A DNA stretch of 64,000 bases from a virus, in the IMG/VR virus record IMGVR_UViG_3300028042_000004; one strand, given 5' to 3'. This document shows positions 20,325-32,100 of this stretch, piece by piece. The notes under the pieces were generated by a model. That model was given only the letters and a program-made list of their open reading frames with translations. It was not told the origin of the DNA and did not search any database. The first letter of the stretch is position 1, and every line of letters begins with the position of its first letter. The translations under genes and the position numbers were made by a program.

Positions 20325-23300
20325 ACTCTTCAAGGCTATCTACATAGTTTATACCTACATCAATACTCTTAAATGGTCCATAAAAAGCTGAGGCCGCTTG
20401 CCAATACGCAGCACCTACATCTTCTATATCAAGTTCTGGATTAGTAGTAGCTGCTCCTGTCATTGCTACAGCATCTAGAGCCTTATGCATTGCTTCAGTT
20501 ATAATAGATATCCCTATAAATAAACTACCTCGTCCTGCTGCCATATCAAATAGAGATTTTGGCATGAAAACGTCACCAGTAGCCATCTGGAATCTGTCAT
20601 AAAACATCTGCTCAGTTTCTGTCATAGTTTCATCATCGTCTCCAAGACCTTTAAACATTCCCCAAACAGCTGCACTAAGTACAACTCCTATAAACATATC
20701 AGCCATAAGCTTAGACATATTCTTCTTCTGCACTTCAGTAAGATTTTTACTCTTAAGAGCTTTAAATCCTTCTTCTTTAAACATCCTAGTAATACCAAAT
20801 ACAGAATATAAGATACCTTCAGCCGCTTGACCTCTCCATTCCATTCTATATCCTCCCTCAGCATCAGGATCGTCTACTCTCTCAAGTCTAGATAGCGACG
20901 CATTCTCTTCTGCTGTAACAGGTTTTTTGAAATAACGAGACATCTTTGCAAATATCCAAGTTCTCATCTTATTAATGAAAGCCATCCAAGTATAATAAAT
21001 ACTCATTGATTTTGAACTATTATCTAATGAAGAATATAGCTCTACAAGCTTCTCTTTCAAGTAGTTAATGTCGTATACTGTATATGCTTTATTTATCTGT
21101 CTGTCCTCATATGCGTCTCCTGGCATACCAGTAAGTCCACCATATTCCTTAGACAATTTAAGTTTCGTAGCTTCTCTTACTTTATCTTGCATAAGCTTAT
21201 CTTTCCCACCATAAAACCTTTTATCCTTTTTAACATCATATATAAGCATACCATTTCTATCTATAGAGTGAGCATAGAAACTTCCCTGCTCTATCATATA
21301 AGCTACCATGGTAATCTTTTGCCAAGACTCTAGGAACAACTTATTTAGATACATCAGGTGTTTACTTTGAAATATAGATTTTCCCTCAAGCATCTTCATC
21401 ATCTCTTGCATCTGTCTTGAATCTGAGTTAGAAAATCCATAGAACAAGTCAATTGCTTCTGCAAGTTTTTTGTCTTTTCCTCCAACTGGATTAGATATAA
21501 TATTAAATGCTTTTCTATAACTTGAGGAACTGAACTCACGTTGCCCACCAAAAAGGGTACCGTAAAGTTTATCACTCAGCCAGTTATCTGCTGTAATAAG
21601 AGGGTTAGTAAATGCCTCCAGCAAAATCTGCTTTATAGAACCAGCAATAACAGCTGTAGTAGCCATAGTATTAAATACCTCACCAACTACATTATTATCA
21701 TCACTCTCCTTATTTTTTATATTCTTTTTTTGAATAATAGTAAGTACGTCAATTACATTGTCATAGTTTTCACCAGTCAATCCTTTCTCTCTATGTATAT
21801 TATAGAACATTGATCTACCAAAAGCTGAGATATCCTTAAAATGTATCACATTAAGTGCTGCCACAGCAAAAGAATCTATCATATTTTCTATGTTATCTTC
21901 TATATCATTAAAAGAATCTCTCTCCTCTACTAACGGGTCCATAAACTCGTCAAGTCCGAGCTGCTTTCTTCTAGCATAGTTGAATTGATCGTCGACATCT
22001 TCATTTTTACTTGGAAGCTGGCTATCAAAAGGATTTGTAACATAGAATTCTTTTTCGTAGTTATCACTACTATCTATATCATTCTTAAGTGATTCGCCAC
22101 CACTAAATGTATTCTTAATAGAATCTAAAGCATTATTAAAGAAATTAGTATCAGATCTTCTACTCATCCTACTTTTCTTAACCAACGGCAGCCATCCTTG
22201 TTTTATATCTATACTTTTTCTAGATATAGATCGCTTACTAAAGTCCTTAAGAGATTTATTAATAAACCTTATTAAAGCCTTTTCTGCTTTGCTATTTGTA
22301 TCAGATTCTGCTTTTAATAAGAAAGCCTTCTTTTTATCCTTATTCTCTGGGTCAACAAAAAGACTTTTTAATACATCTTTTCTACTAGACTTATATAAAG
22401 AAGAACTCATTACATCTATACTAATTCCCTTCTCGTCCGCAAGTGCTTGTATAAGGTTATTGAATTCTGTTTTAAATGCTATAAATTCTGCACTCATCCC
22501 AGCTCTTCCTTCTGTAATCTGTCTGTTGAAATCAGCCATATACTTATTAGACACTGTTGATGGTGTGAAGAAGAACTTCTGAACAATAGAAGTATTCTTT
22601 GGATTAACTGTATAATTAAATCCTTGAACAAATAATATAGAATTACTTATAACGGTCCATATATCACTCTGCAACTTCTGTTCAAAACTATTAAAGTTAC
22701 CTTCTAGTGAATGTTGTAGTTCCTGTAAAGCATGTAAAAGCACTTTATAGTCTCTCCTTTCATCATAATTATCTATAACTTTCTTAAGTGCATTAGCTCT
22801 TTTTCTAGCTGTCTTTGTCTTGAATACATCATTAAATACATTTCTATTTGATCCAATACTACCAATATAATCACTTATAGCAGCCACTGGGTCTGGTACA
22901 TATGCATCTGGATTAAATATATCTGGATTAGCTAGAGCTTCTTCAAAGAATACAGGCAATACTTCTCCAGCTGCCTTGGCCTCTGTTAAGAATGCTTTAG
23001 TCAATGCCATAAGCTGTAGCATATCTATTTTAATAGGCATCTTGTTATCCCCATGAATATCTCTATTCATAAGCACATGACTAACTTTAAAGTCTGGATC
23101 AAGTTGTTTAGCTCTTAGAGCCATTAACCCAACCTTAAGTAGTCTCAAGTTATAGTTAGTATTTTTAAGGTTATCCAACTCTGGATATTTAGCCTTAAGT
23201 TTTCTAGTTGATATATAATTACCAAGAATATTGAAGTGTCCCTCTCTAAATTTTATAAACTTCTTATCATCGTAGTTAAGAGATATAATTCTAACCTCTC

Positions 23301-26300
23301 CTGTAATCTTATTTTTTAAGAATGATACTCCTTTAAAGTCAACACCATAGTTAACGTTTGAAGAGAATTTTACAAACTCATGAGTAGTAGAGTCAATACC
23401 ATGAAGCAGATTCTGAAATGTCTTTTCCTCATCTCTGGATCCAAGTACCTTTTTACTATACTTTTCACTCCTATCAAGAGAATAATATACATCCTCAAAA
23501 TTAGTTTCAACAAAAGCAACATCCTTTCTATTAACAAGAATATCTTTTATATGAGCTATTCTATCTTCTTTAGATCTAATATTCTCAGGTATAGTATACC
23601 TTATATTACCAGGAAGAATTACTTCAAGCCCAGACATTGCCTTTTTACCAGCAAAACCAAATTTATTGGCTATTTTCTCATAATTTCCACCTTTACCTTT
23701 ACCACCATTAACAGCTTTCGAGTATATTTTCTCTGCTGTAGCGTCGATATTCTTTGGTGTATTTACATCTACTCCTCCAGCACCTTTGATGGATAGAGCA
23801 GTAATTTCTGCAGCGTCATTTGAAATATTATCATCTTCTTTAATGATACCAACACGTCTAAAATATGCCGCAACATCTGCTGTAACATCTTTTAAATGTG
23901 TCTTGAATATTCTTTTAACTTCATAACGTAATTTAGTCTTATCAGCAAATACCTTATCCTCATCAGTTCCTCTAATATCAGCTTCAATATACGCTACTGC
24001 AATACCTTTAACTTTAAATCCTCTTCTCTCAAGGATATATTTATACACAGAAGCCTGTATACTTGCCTTCATCATAGCATTGTCATTATACGCTCCCATC
24101 TCATCAAGCATTCTAACACTACCTTTATTGTAAGACCAGCTATCTAGCTTACCTTTTTCTTTGGTTTTGTAATCAAATATGTAAAGTGCGCCGTCACCAT
24201 CTATAACAAGAAGGTCAATAATACCAACTCTTCCAAGTTCTTTATCACCGATCACAACCTCTGGAAGCATCTTCACAGGGCCTTTTATACCCTTAAAGAT
24301 ATTCTCCTTAAAGAATCCCTCTAGATTATCTAGTAAATCCTTCAACATACCAGAATCTTCCGTAAGCACATTATTAAATACAAATTCATAAGCTTTTCTA
24401 AATTGCTTATATTGTGGTGTTTCTTGTTGATCCCCAAGATAGTTGAAAAAGTACTTTGCAAAATATTTCTGTAAAGCAACCTTGTCCCCAGAGATAATAG
24501 CCTTTTTTATATACTCTGAGAAATGAGTCAAGCTTTTTTTATTTCCAGAACCGTAATCAATCTCTTGACTATAGTTAAGTGCCAATACATAAAGTTCATT
24601 TATATTGTGTAAAAATGTTCCCTCTGTTCTCTTAAACTCATATATCTTTTTAACCTCTTCTTCAGCATCTTTAGAACGTCTGGATCCAATATATTCACCA
24701 GCAACCTGAATAGCCTTGTTCTCTGCCTCATCAGGAGTCATTCCTTTTTTCTTATATCTCTTCTTTAATTTAGTCTTTGTATCATAAAATACTTTCTTCT
24801 TAGCAGCTTCTTCTATATCAAATGGAGAACTGAATTTCTCAGATATAAGTCTTGTTGTACCTTCAAGTTCTACTCCATCAAGTACATATCTTCCTTTACC
24901 ATTTTTTCCTATACTATTGCTAAAGTTAACTACATCCTCCACAACATCTAGTGGCTTAGCCCCAACATCAAATAAAATCTCTGCATGATGCTTCATTTTA
25001 TCTAAGTATTTCGCTATTCTTTTAAGGTTTTCTAAACTGTCTAATGACTTAATCTTTAAAGGTTTGCCAGAGAAATTACCATTCTCATCAACCATATTAC
25101 CGTGAGAGTCTAGTAAAATTATAGACCCGTCTGGAGCAGTTTTAATAAATCCTCTATTCACAAGACCATTAGATACTTCTCTAATATTAGCTTTCTGTAC
25201 ACTGAATTTACTCATATGTTCCATAGCTTCATCTATATCCCCATCATCTACAAAAGTACTTTTTGTTGTACCATTTTCCATCACATCATTCAGCATATCA
25301 GATATACTAAAATTAGTTCCTAATGTTTCATACTTTGGTGGTACTTCTGTTACTCCTAAAAGAGTTTTAACAAAATTACTAGTGAATTCTTGAATACTGT
25401 CTGCCATTTCTGCAACAGTCTTCTTAGCGTTCTCAGTATTAAGTGCCATTTTTTCAGCATCAATTGTATTAGAGAAAGTAGTATTTTTATCACCATACAC
25501 ATAAATATGCTCAATAGCCCTAGATAGTGCAACATACTCCAATGATTTTCTAAGAGATCCTACTGCTCTTCCCTTCTTATCTCTAATGATTTTATCTGGC
25601 ACATTCTTAATACTCTCTAAATCAAAGAATGGATTATTCATACCTTTCCCTTGCGCCTTATTAACAGTAATCGCAAAATTATAATCTACTCCTTTTTTAA
25701 GCTCTACAAAACTAACGAAATTTCCACCTGCATTTTTATAGGCGTCTTCTAAAGTACCAAAGAAGAAGTCACCAGAATATGCATCTACTACTACATTCTC
25801 TGTCACATCAACTCCTTGAAGAAGTTCTCCTATAGCCATTTTCATATGAAATTCTTGATCATTATAAGGTTTAGTACTTACCTCAAGTTGTATTTTATGA
25901 ATGGCTTTCGAAAGGGCCTCTTTATTCTTTTTTATAATTTCTTCTGTGACACCTTCATGAGTAATACTAGACTCCATAGATAATGGTAGTATACTTGTGC
26001 TTATCACAGGTTTTAAATTATTCATTCCTCTATCTTGTAATCGCTGTAAATTATCTGATTTACTTGTTATCCCTATAGTAATGAACTTAGATGCGCCAGA
26101 TATCCTAGAATAGCGTTGTATTGCTATTATTTTTGCTGTCTGTACCTTATATACAAGAGAGTTTGGTACTGAATCAAAATCCTCGTTGGCCCCTACCACT
26201 ACTTTCTTTCTACCATTTCCACCATATCCTATAATAGTAGATCCTGGCTGAATAAATCTATGTCCATCTATAGCAAGTTTAGCTTCTCTATTAAACTTTG

Positions 26301-29103
26301 CTACCTCCTCATTTTTATAAGTCATCATAGCAGTACCAGCAGAATCAGTTTTATATATTTCTATAAAAGTTTCAAACATGGCACGTTTATCTCCTATAAA
26401 CTTTATACTTCCATCCACATTCTCTACGAAATAAGATTTAAATTTAGTATCTTTTCTTATAATATTAAGTAGCTTAAGTAGGTCACTAGCCCCAGTTCTA
26501 TATACTTTATTAAGAGTAACTTTGGTGTCAGTATCAAATACTGATGACAATACTGGATTATCACTTACTGAAGGAAGTTGTGCTGAATCCCCTAAGAAAA
26601 GTAATCTAGCTGCTTCATTTCTTGTATCTATATAAAGTCCTTTACTCCCATCTTCTAATGTAACATTTTCAGTAGCATATCTTTGGTATAGTGCAAATTC
26701 TGTCTTACCCATATTAGCCTCTTTACGAGTATCTATGAAAAAATGTGCTCTATATTCCCCTGGAAGAGCCATAACCTCCTCTTTAGTAAATCCTCCATAA
26801 TGTAGTTTTAGCCAGAATATATCATCCTCAGATAACATAGAACTTTCATCTATAACATAAATACCTGATGGCTTATGTGTTAGTGCTCCTTTAGGTGTTT
26901 TATAATCTCTTCCTTCATAAAACCCTCTTATTTGCTTAACCATAGATTGAGTAGTAGCTGGATAATTTCTAACCCCTTCTTCAATTAATGACTCAGCAAG
27001 AGTAACATTAGCTGAATGTGTAGGTGATGCATATGTAATATTAATATCACTATGATACTTCGCAAGGTAACGGTGCATAAACTTTATAATAGTCGTTTTA
27101 CCAGTACCTGCTGATCCTTGAATAGTAAATGATTTATTACCTTTATTACTCACAGCATGGTCTATTGCTGCCTTAAGTGCCATTTGTTGCTCTGTACCTA
27201 GCTTGTAATCTACCTCTATAGAGTTACCTTTATAGGTAAAAGTAGTCTTCTTTTCACCGCTGGCATCCTCTAAGCTTCCTTTACTTATATCCAATAACTC
27301 AAGATATTGAGCATTGAAATCAAATAATATATCAGCAAAAGATACTGAAGCGTCTTTATCTTTACTTTCAGATAGTATAGGTAAACTGAATACATCAGTA
27401 CCTAGCTTACTTACTATAAAGTCATGTTGTCTATCAAGTTTTTTAATAGTATCTTTAGATAAATTATACTTTTCTATAAGTACATCATCTACTCCATTAA
27501 TTAAGAAATATTCATAAGCAGCAGCCGCCTCTTCTAAGTTACGTGCATATTGCTCTCCTGTAAGAGCATCAAAATTTTGATGAGGGCCCACAGCAATAGA
27601 TCCTGGTTTACTATCATCTGGTCTGAACAAACTTGAAAAATGGTCGTCATGATCAGTAGGTATTTCTATTGTATCAATCGCTATTGATGTAAGATGCTTA
27701 TTATTTTTTATATCTTCATCAGTAGCAAAGTAGATATCACTCCCCTCACTGAAAGGAGATATATCAAACCCTTCCATTTCTGGCTTGTAATTCTGCATCT
27801 TTCTTGTGATATTACCATAAGTTTTTTCAGATGCTCTAATTTCGTCTAGATCAATAATCTTGGATAGTCCTTTAAACCCATCCAGCCCTATTTTATTAAC
27901 AAACACCTCTTCCATTATCTCATCCTCAGAAAAGTCTATACCAGTATCCTCATATAATTTCCTATAATACTCTATAGCATCTGGAAATTTACTATGTATC
28001 TCTCTCATTATATCCTTCTTAAGTTGAGGATTATATGTGTCTAACCATTTCATATAGAAGTGACCGAACTCGTGAAACATTGTATCAGGTGTAAAAGTAT
28101 CTAAATTAATTACAATTTCTCCACCTATTATAAAACCTTTTTGACTAGCAAAAGCATCATTAAAGTCTTCTGCTATCTCAGCAGTAGTCATAACTCTTAC
28201 CTTTAAATTAGGTATAAGATTAGAAAATGACTTTGCTACATTACCTGCTATAAAAGCCTTACTAGCTTTTGGTATACCTTTAAATTTATTCATTAAAGTA
28301 CGCTCCTCTTTTGTTAGGAAGTAGTTTAATGTATCATTATCTGTTCTCTCACTAAATGGCTTTGTATCACTTTCTACGCTATCAACAGTATCTAGAAATG
28401 ATTCAGTATCTGAAATAGTCTCACCAAATTGAGAAGACTGTATCTTTGACGCATATCTTACATTACTACCAGCATTAAGTGCTTTAAAGCTGTTTATAGC
28501 TCTACCAATAACAGCAGTATCGATAGGAACCTTTGCATGAATACTATAACCTCTCTGAAGAGCCGACATTATAAAGGTTTTAAGATATTTATCAAAGGCC
28601 TCATCAGTAAGCTTCTCACTTCTTTCAGCAAGCTCCCTCACTTTAGAGATAAGGTCCTCATCTATAACAAAATAATCTCTATCGCCGTCTACAGTATTAT
28701 CAAAATCACCGTCCTCTATTATTACCTGTGTAAAATCTCCAACATTAGAACTGTTAATCTGTCCATTATTTCCAAAATGATCGTTAACATCTTTTAAAAT
28801 ATCTGTAGTAGTACCTATGCCTGATATAAACTTAGATATAACAGGTTCACCAAATAGTCGTGTAACCTTTGATAAATCCATGTTATTAGTATTTGTAAGC
28901 ACCGCGCTTTTTATAACAGCCTTTTCCCCATTTGAGGAAATCACTTTTTTAATTGTCGCTGGTTTCCCTGGCTTTGTAACAAATTTAACAGGGTCAAACA
29001 CCTCATTAACTGTGAGCATCTTAATAGTTGATAATGCCCCGTAAGGCTTAACACTAGCAAGTCTTTGCCCTTTATTTAATTTTACAGATATATCACATTT
29101 CAT
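20323..29103 (-). CDS. giant virion (ejected) polyvalent protein: zincin metallopeptidase + Dda/RecD-like SF1 helicase + PD-(D/E)xK nuclease + hydrophobic C-terminal region
   Basis: HEFGH (28060-28074) with downstream IMEEV; GSAGTGKT (27094-27117), VIDESSM, GDSAQLPSV, AITVNKAQG, YVALSRA (25516-25536); EGTFLH...GIIDLLVID...FDYKTK...QASVY (about 24030-24630). Confidence 0.8.
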   Translation of the reverse strand: MKCDISVKLNKGQRLASVKPYGALSTIKMLTVNEVFDPVKFVTKPGKPATIKKVISSNGEKAVIKSAVLTNTNNMDLSKVTRLFGEPVISKFISGIGTTTDILKDVNDHFGNNGQINSSNVGDFTQVIIEDGDFDNTVDGDRDYFVIDEDLISKVRELAERSEKLTDEAFDKYLKTFIMSALQRGYSIHAKVPIDTAVIGRAINSFKALNAGSNVRYASKIQSSQFGETISDTESFLDTVDSVESDTKPFSERTDNDTLNYFLTKEERTLMNKFKGIPKASKAFIAGNVAKSFSNLIPNLKVRVMTTAEIAEDFNDAFASQKGFIIGGEIVINLDTFTPDTMFHEFGHFYMKWLDTYNPQLKKDIMREIHSKFPDAIEYYRKLYEDTGIDFSEDEIMEEVFVNKIGLDGFKGLSKIIDLDEIRASEKTYGNITRKMQNYKPEMEGFDISPFSEGSDIYFATDEDIKNNKHLTSIAIDTIEIPTDHDDHFSSLFRPDDSKPGSIAVGPHQNFDALTGEQYARNLEEAAAAYEYFLINGVDDVLIEKYNLSKDTIKKLDRQHDFIVSKLGTDVFSLPILSESKDKDASVSFADILFDFNAQYLELLDISKGSLEDASGEKKTTFTYKGNSIEVDYKLGTEQQMALKAAIDHAVSNKGNKSFTIQGSAGTGKTTIIKFMHRYLAKYHSDINITYASPTHSANVTLAESLIEEGVRNYPATTQSMVKQIRGFYEGRDYKTPKGALTHKPSGIYVIDESSMLSEDDIFWLKLHYGGFTKEEVMALPGEYRAHFFIDTRKEANMGKTEFALYQRYATENVTLEDGSKGLYIDTRNEAARLLFLGDSAQLPSVSDNPVLSSVFDTDTKVTLNKVYRTGASDLLKLLNIIRKDTKFKSYFVENVDGSIKFIGDKRAMFETFIEIYKTDSAGTAMMTYKNEEVAKFNREAKLAIDGHRFIQPGSTIIGYGGNGRKKVVVGANEDFDSVPNSLVYKVQTAKIIAIQRYSRISGASKFITIGITSKSDNLQRLQDRGMNNLKPVISTSILPLSMESSITHEGVTEEIIKKNKEALSKAIHKIQLEVSTKPYNDQEFHMKMAIGELLQGVDVTENVVVDAYSGDFFFGTLEDAYKNAGGNFVSFVELKKGVDYNFAITVNKAQGKGMNNPFFDLESIKNVPDKIIRDKKGRAVGSLRKSLEYVALSRAIEHIYVYGDKNTTFSNTIDAEKMALNTENAKKTVAEMADSIQEFTSNFVKTLLGVTEVPPKYETLGTNFSISDMLNDVMENGTTKSTFVDDGDIDEAMEHMSKFSVQKANIREVSNGLVNRGFIKTAPDGSIILLDSHGNMVDENGNFSGKPLKIKSLDSLENLKRIAKYLDKMKHHAEILFDVGAKPLDVVEDVVNFSNSIGKNGKGRYVLDGVELEGTTRLISEKFSSPFDIEEAAKKKVFYDTKTKLKKRYKKKGMTPDEAENKAIQVAGEYIGSRRSKDAEEEVKKIYEFKRTEGTFLHNINELYVLALNYSQEIDYGSGNKKSLTHFSEYIKKAIISGDKVALQKYFAKYFFNYLGDQQETPQYKQFRKAYEFVFNNVLTEDSGMLKDLLDNLEGFFKENIFKGIKGPVKMLPEVVIGDKELGRVGIIDLLVIDGDGALYIFDYKTKEKGKLDSWSYNKGSVRMLDEMGAYNDNAMMKASIQASVYKYILERRGFKVKGIAVAYIEADIRGTDEDKVFADKTKLRYEVKRIFKTHLKDVTADVAAYFRRVGIIKEDDNISNDAAEITALSIKGAGGVDVNTPKNIDATAEKIYSKAVNGGKGKGGNYEKIANKFGFAGKKAMSGLEVILPGNIRYTIPENIRSKEDRIAHIKDILVNRKDVAFVETNFEDVYYSLDRSEKYSKKVLGSRDEEKTFQNLLHGIDSTTHEFVKFSSNVNYGVDFKGVSFLKNKITGEVRIISLNYDDKKFIKFREGHFNILGNYISTRKLKAKYPELDNLKNTNYNLRLLKVGLMALRAKQLDPDFKVSHVLMNRDIHGDNKMPIKIDMLQLMALTKAFLTEAKAAGEVLPVFFEEALANPDIFNPDAYVPDPVAAISDYIGSIGSNRNVFNDVFKTKTARKRANALKKVIDNYDERRDYKVLLHALQELQHSLEGNFNSFEQKLQSDIWTVISNSILFVQGFNYTVNPKNTSIVQKFFFTPSTVSNKYMADFNRQITEGRAGMSAEFIAFKTEFNNLIQALADEKGISIDVMSSSLYKSSRKDVLKSLFVDPENKDKKKAFLLKAESDTNSKAEKALIRFINKSLKDFSKRSISRKSIDIKQGWLPLVKKSRMSRRSDTNFFNNALDSIKNTFSGGESLKNDIDSSDNYEKEFYVTNPFDSQLPSKNEDVDDQFNYARRKQLGLDEFMDPLVEERDSFNDIEDNIENMIDSFAVAALNVIHFKDISAFGRSMFYNIHREKGLTGENYDNVIDVLTIIQKKNIKNKESDDNNVVGEVFNTMATTAVIAGSIKQILLEAFTNPLITADNWLSDKLYGTLFGGQREFSSSSYRKAFNIISNPVGGKDKKLAEAIDLFYGFSNSDSRQMQEMMKMLEGKSIFQSKHLMYLNKLFLESWQKITMVAYMIEQGSFYAHSIDRNGMLIYDVKKDKRFYGGKDKLMQDKVREATKLKLSKEYGGLTGMPGDAYEDRQINKAYTVYDINYLKEKLVELYSSLDNSSKSMSIYYTWMAFINKMRTWIFAKMSRYFKKPVTAEENASLSRLERVDDPDAEGGYRMEWRGQAAEGILYSVFGITRMFKEEGFKALKSKNLTEVQKKNMSKLMADMFIGVVLSAAVWGMFKGLGDDDETMTETEQMFYDRFQMATGDVFMPKSLFDMAAGRGSLFIGISIITEAMHKALDAVAMTGAATTNPELDIEDVGAAYWQAASAFYGPFKSIDVGINYVDSLEE

Positions 29104-29104
29104 A

Positions 29105-32100
29105 TTAGCAGTATTTATTATTAGTAAACGTATTTTTAGCTATTATATTGTCTAATTCGTCGTTTACATCGTTAGGTATTGATATTGATTTTTTATTCAT
29201 TCTAGCAACCTTTATATCTCTAGCTATCACTGAATAATACTGAATTTTTTTGACTTCTTTACCATCTTGCATCACTTTCTCAAAAGTCTTTATATACTTT
29301 TTACCGTACATCTCAAGCACAGCTACTGCATTTGTAAGTCCAGCCTCTTTAAATTCGCGTGGGAAATTAGATACTTTATACTTTATATTTGTAACTATAC
29401 CATCATTTAGTAATCCTAGTTTAAATGTCTCACTATAGTCCTTAGCATTCCTCAATCCTACACTACCTTTAGCATCGATATATGTTCTAATAGTAATATC
29501 CTCACCATTATACCTTGTAACAAATTGCATATCATTACTAGTCTTTATTATTCTATAAGACAATCCAGATAGATCAACAGATTCAGGAAGCATATCAGAT
29601 ATTTCAAGAATAAACCCAGGAAATGAATGTATACCCACCTCTAAACCAGTGGCTTTAAAGTATTTTTGGAAAAAGTTTTTAATAATAGCAGATCCTCCCA
29701 TTCTGAAATCTTCTCTATTAGCTATAAGGCCAACACCTTCTGACCCTATTAAAGAAATTTCATCTCCTTCTTTCATACTATTCATTACTCCAAGTATATT
29801 TCCAAACATCTTGTTTCTATCTTTCTTAGCGTCTTTTGATATCCTCTTTTTTTCTACTTTCCCCATTATAGTAGGTACAAGGAAAGATGTCTTTTTAGAT
29901 TTTATACTAGATAATGAATTAGTATTAAATTTAGCTTTCTCAACTTTATCAGATGATATAAACTCCTTATATGCTCCATTCATTTTAAATCCCTCATATG
30001 ATAAAACTGCCATATTATCAGCATCCAACATCATTATATCAGCCTTTTCTTCTGTTTCCATAAGCATAGCAGTAGCAGTATCTATTCCAACATCTACAAG
30101 AGACTTATTCACAGTAAATCCTTTAACAGATATAGCTCTTATAGAATTATCAAGAAGTTTTAATTCATTCCATCTTATAATAATTTTATCTTTTTTACCT
30201 CTAGCGACAATATTTCTAGCATTAATTCTTTCTATAACATTCCCAGATAAGAATATATCCTCATCCATGTCCATAATAAGATTCCCAGGAACATCATACA
30301 GCATACCATCGTCAAGTATCATGTATGTCTCAACAGTCTTCTTTCTTATTTCTCTTGTACCATTAAATGCAAGCACTCTACCATTAGTACCAAAAGATGT
30401 TGTAAGTCCTATAGTATGTTTAGCTAATGCCAAGTCAGATAGAATACCTTCTGATATTGTAGATATCTTAGATACATCAGATACAAAGCTAATAGGTAAT
30501 GCCTCATTTGGTCCAGAAGGAACTATCCTAAAAGAAGGATAAGAAGTATTAACACCTATAACAGGCTGACCGTCAACTGAGTAAATACTGTTAACAAGAA
30601 GGGCATTAGGAGACTCTTTCTTCTTTTTCATAGCCTCTTTTTTTATTCTATTGGCCTCTGCTTTATCTGCTGCAGCTTGCTCCTCAGGAGTAAGAACTAT
30701 ATCATCACCCTCATCTACAGTGCCTTCATAGCTATCAACATCGTCCACTCCTTCAATTAAAAACTGCTGTGCCGCATCATCAAAAAAGTCATCAAAAGAA
30801 GTATTATTTCCAGAATTCTTTTTTCTTAAATATTTGACAGTGTCTTTTCTATCCTTTAAAGTACCTCTAACAATATCGAATACCTCTTTACTAGAAATTT
30901 TTAATTTAGCATAATCTTTCTTTTTAAGAGTATTTAAATAACGAGATAAGTCAAGAGATATCTCTGGGAATAACTCTACCATAGAATTCTTTTGTATCTT
31001 ACCAGCATTCACTATAAGTGAGTACATCATAAGATTCCTATACAACTCTAGATTAGCAGCATCAAGTAGCTCATCCCCAGTTTCAATCTTAAGTTCTTCA
31101 ATAGCTTCTTTTACAGTTCCAAGCTCTACCATATCTGGCTGACTCTTGTTTAGTATAGGCATATTGATTATAGAGAAGTCAGAATTTATAGGATTAACAG
31201 ATGACATGTAAGAAAATAATTTATTATCTGTACCACCAGATAAACTTTTAATATTCTCTATACTTGTAAGAAAGTAGTCTTTAAAACCAGCTACAAACTT
31301 TTCTCTTCCTCCATTGGAATCAAGGTTTACATCCATTTTATTACCATTATCTAGGAATATTTTTCCAGTATATGGTTGTCCGTCTATACCAGCTTTTAAG
31401 AACATCATTACTTGTCCCTCTGATATATAACTATTAAGTCTACGATATACGTCCTCAGTATGTCTACCTCCAGAGAACTCATATAGATATTTTACTATAT
31501 GGGATACAGCAGGAAGTATTGTATTTTCTACTTCGAACACATTCACAAACAGTGCAGCAGATTGTGTATGTAAGAATATAATCATTTCTGGATTAAGTAT
31601 ATGTTTTCCAGGAGATGATTTAGAAGTAGCTAAAGGTACCTTAGATATATCGTCATCTATAACAGCATCATACAGTTTATTATAGCTGATATTCTTTCTT
31701 ATTCTATCCATCTCAAACTGCTCAGGCTTAAAGTTCTCATTAAGTCCTTTAACAGATCTAAGATTATGTATTTCTGCACTAACCTCTAGTAGTGATAAAA
31801 TTGATTTAATATAATCAGAGCTAACTGATACACCTTTCATTGTAGAGAAAAGACTCTTACTTAGGAATATACTTTCAAAATCAGATCTTCTCTTTTTAAG
31901 TGCCTCAATTACTTTAGACATTTGAGGATCATGTAGGAATTCTACAATAACTTTTGGATCATATCCAAGAACCATCATAGTAGTAACTATAGCGTTTGTG
32001 AAACTGTTTGCTCTAATCTTACTAAGAATAAGTTCTTTCGCATTATCCACAGCAGAAGACATGAACTGAGATTGTGTATCCACAGTAGAATCCTTACCTA

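Noticed and set aside
27470-27620. DUF4326-like look of VGPHQNF...EEAAAAYEYFL in the 2926-aa protein
   Set aside because: The GNPF motif and the downstream Cys-containing motif are missing; resemblance is too weak
29600-30200. Possible degenerate SLOG/DprA-like domain near the RNAP C-terminus (GIDT, IGSEGVG)
   Set aside because: Only isolated short matches; cannot be supported without a profile search
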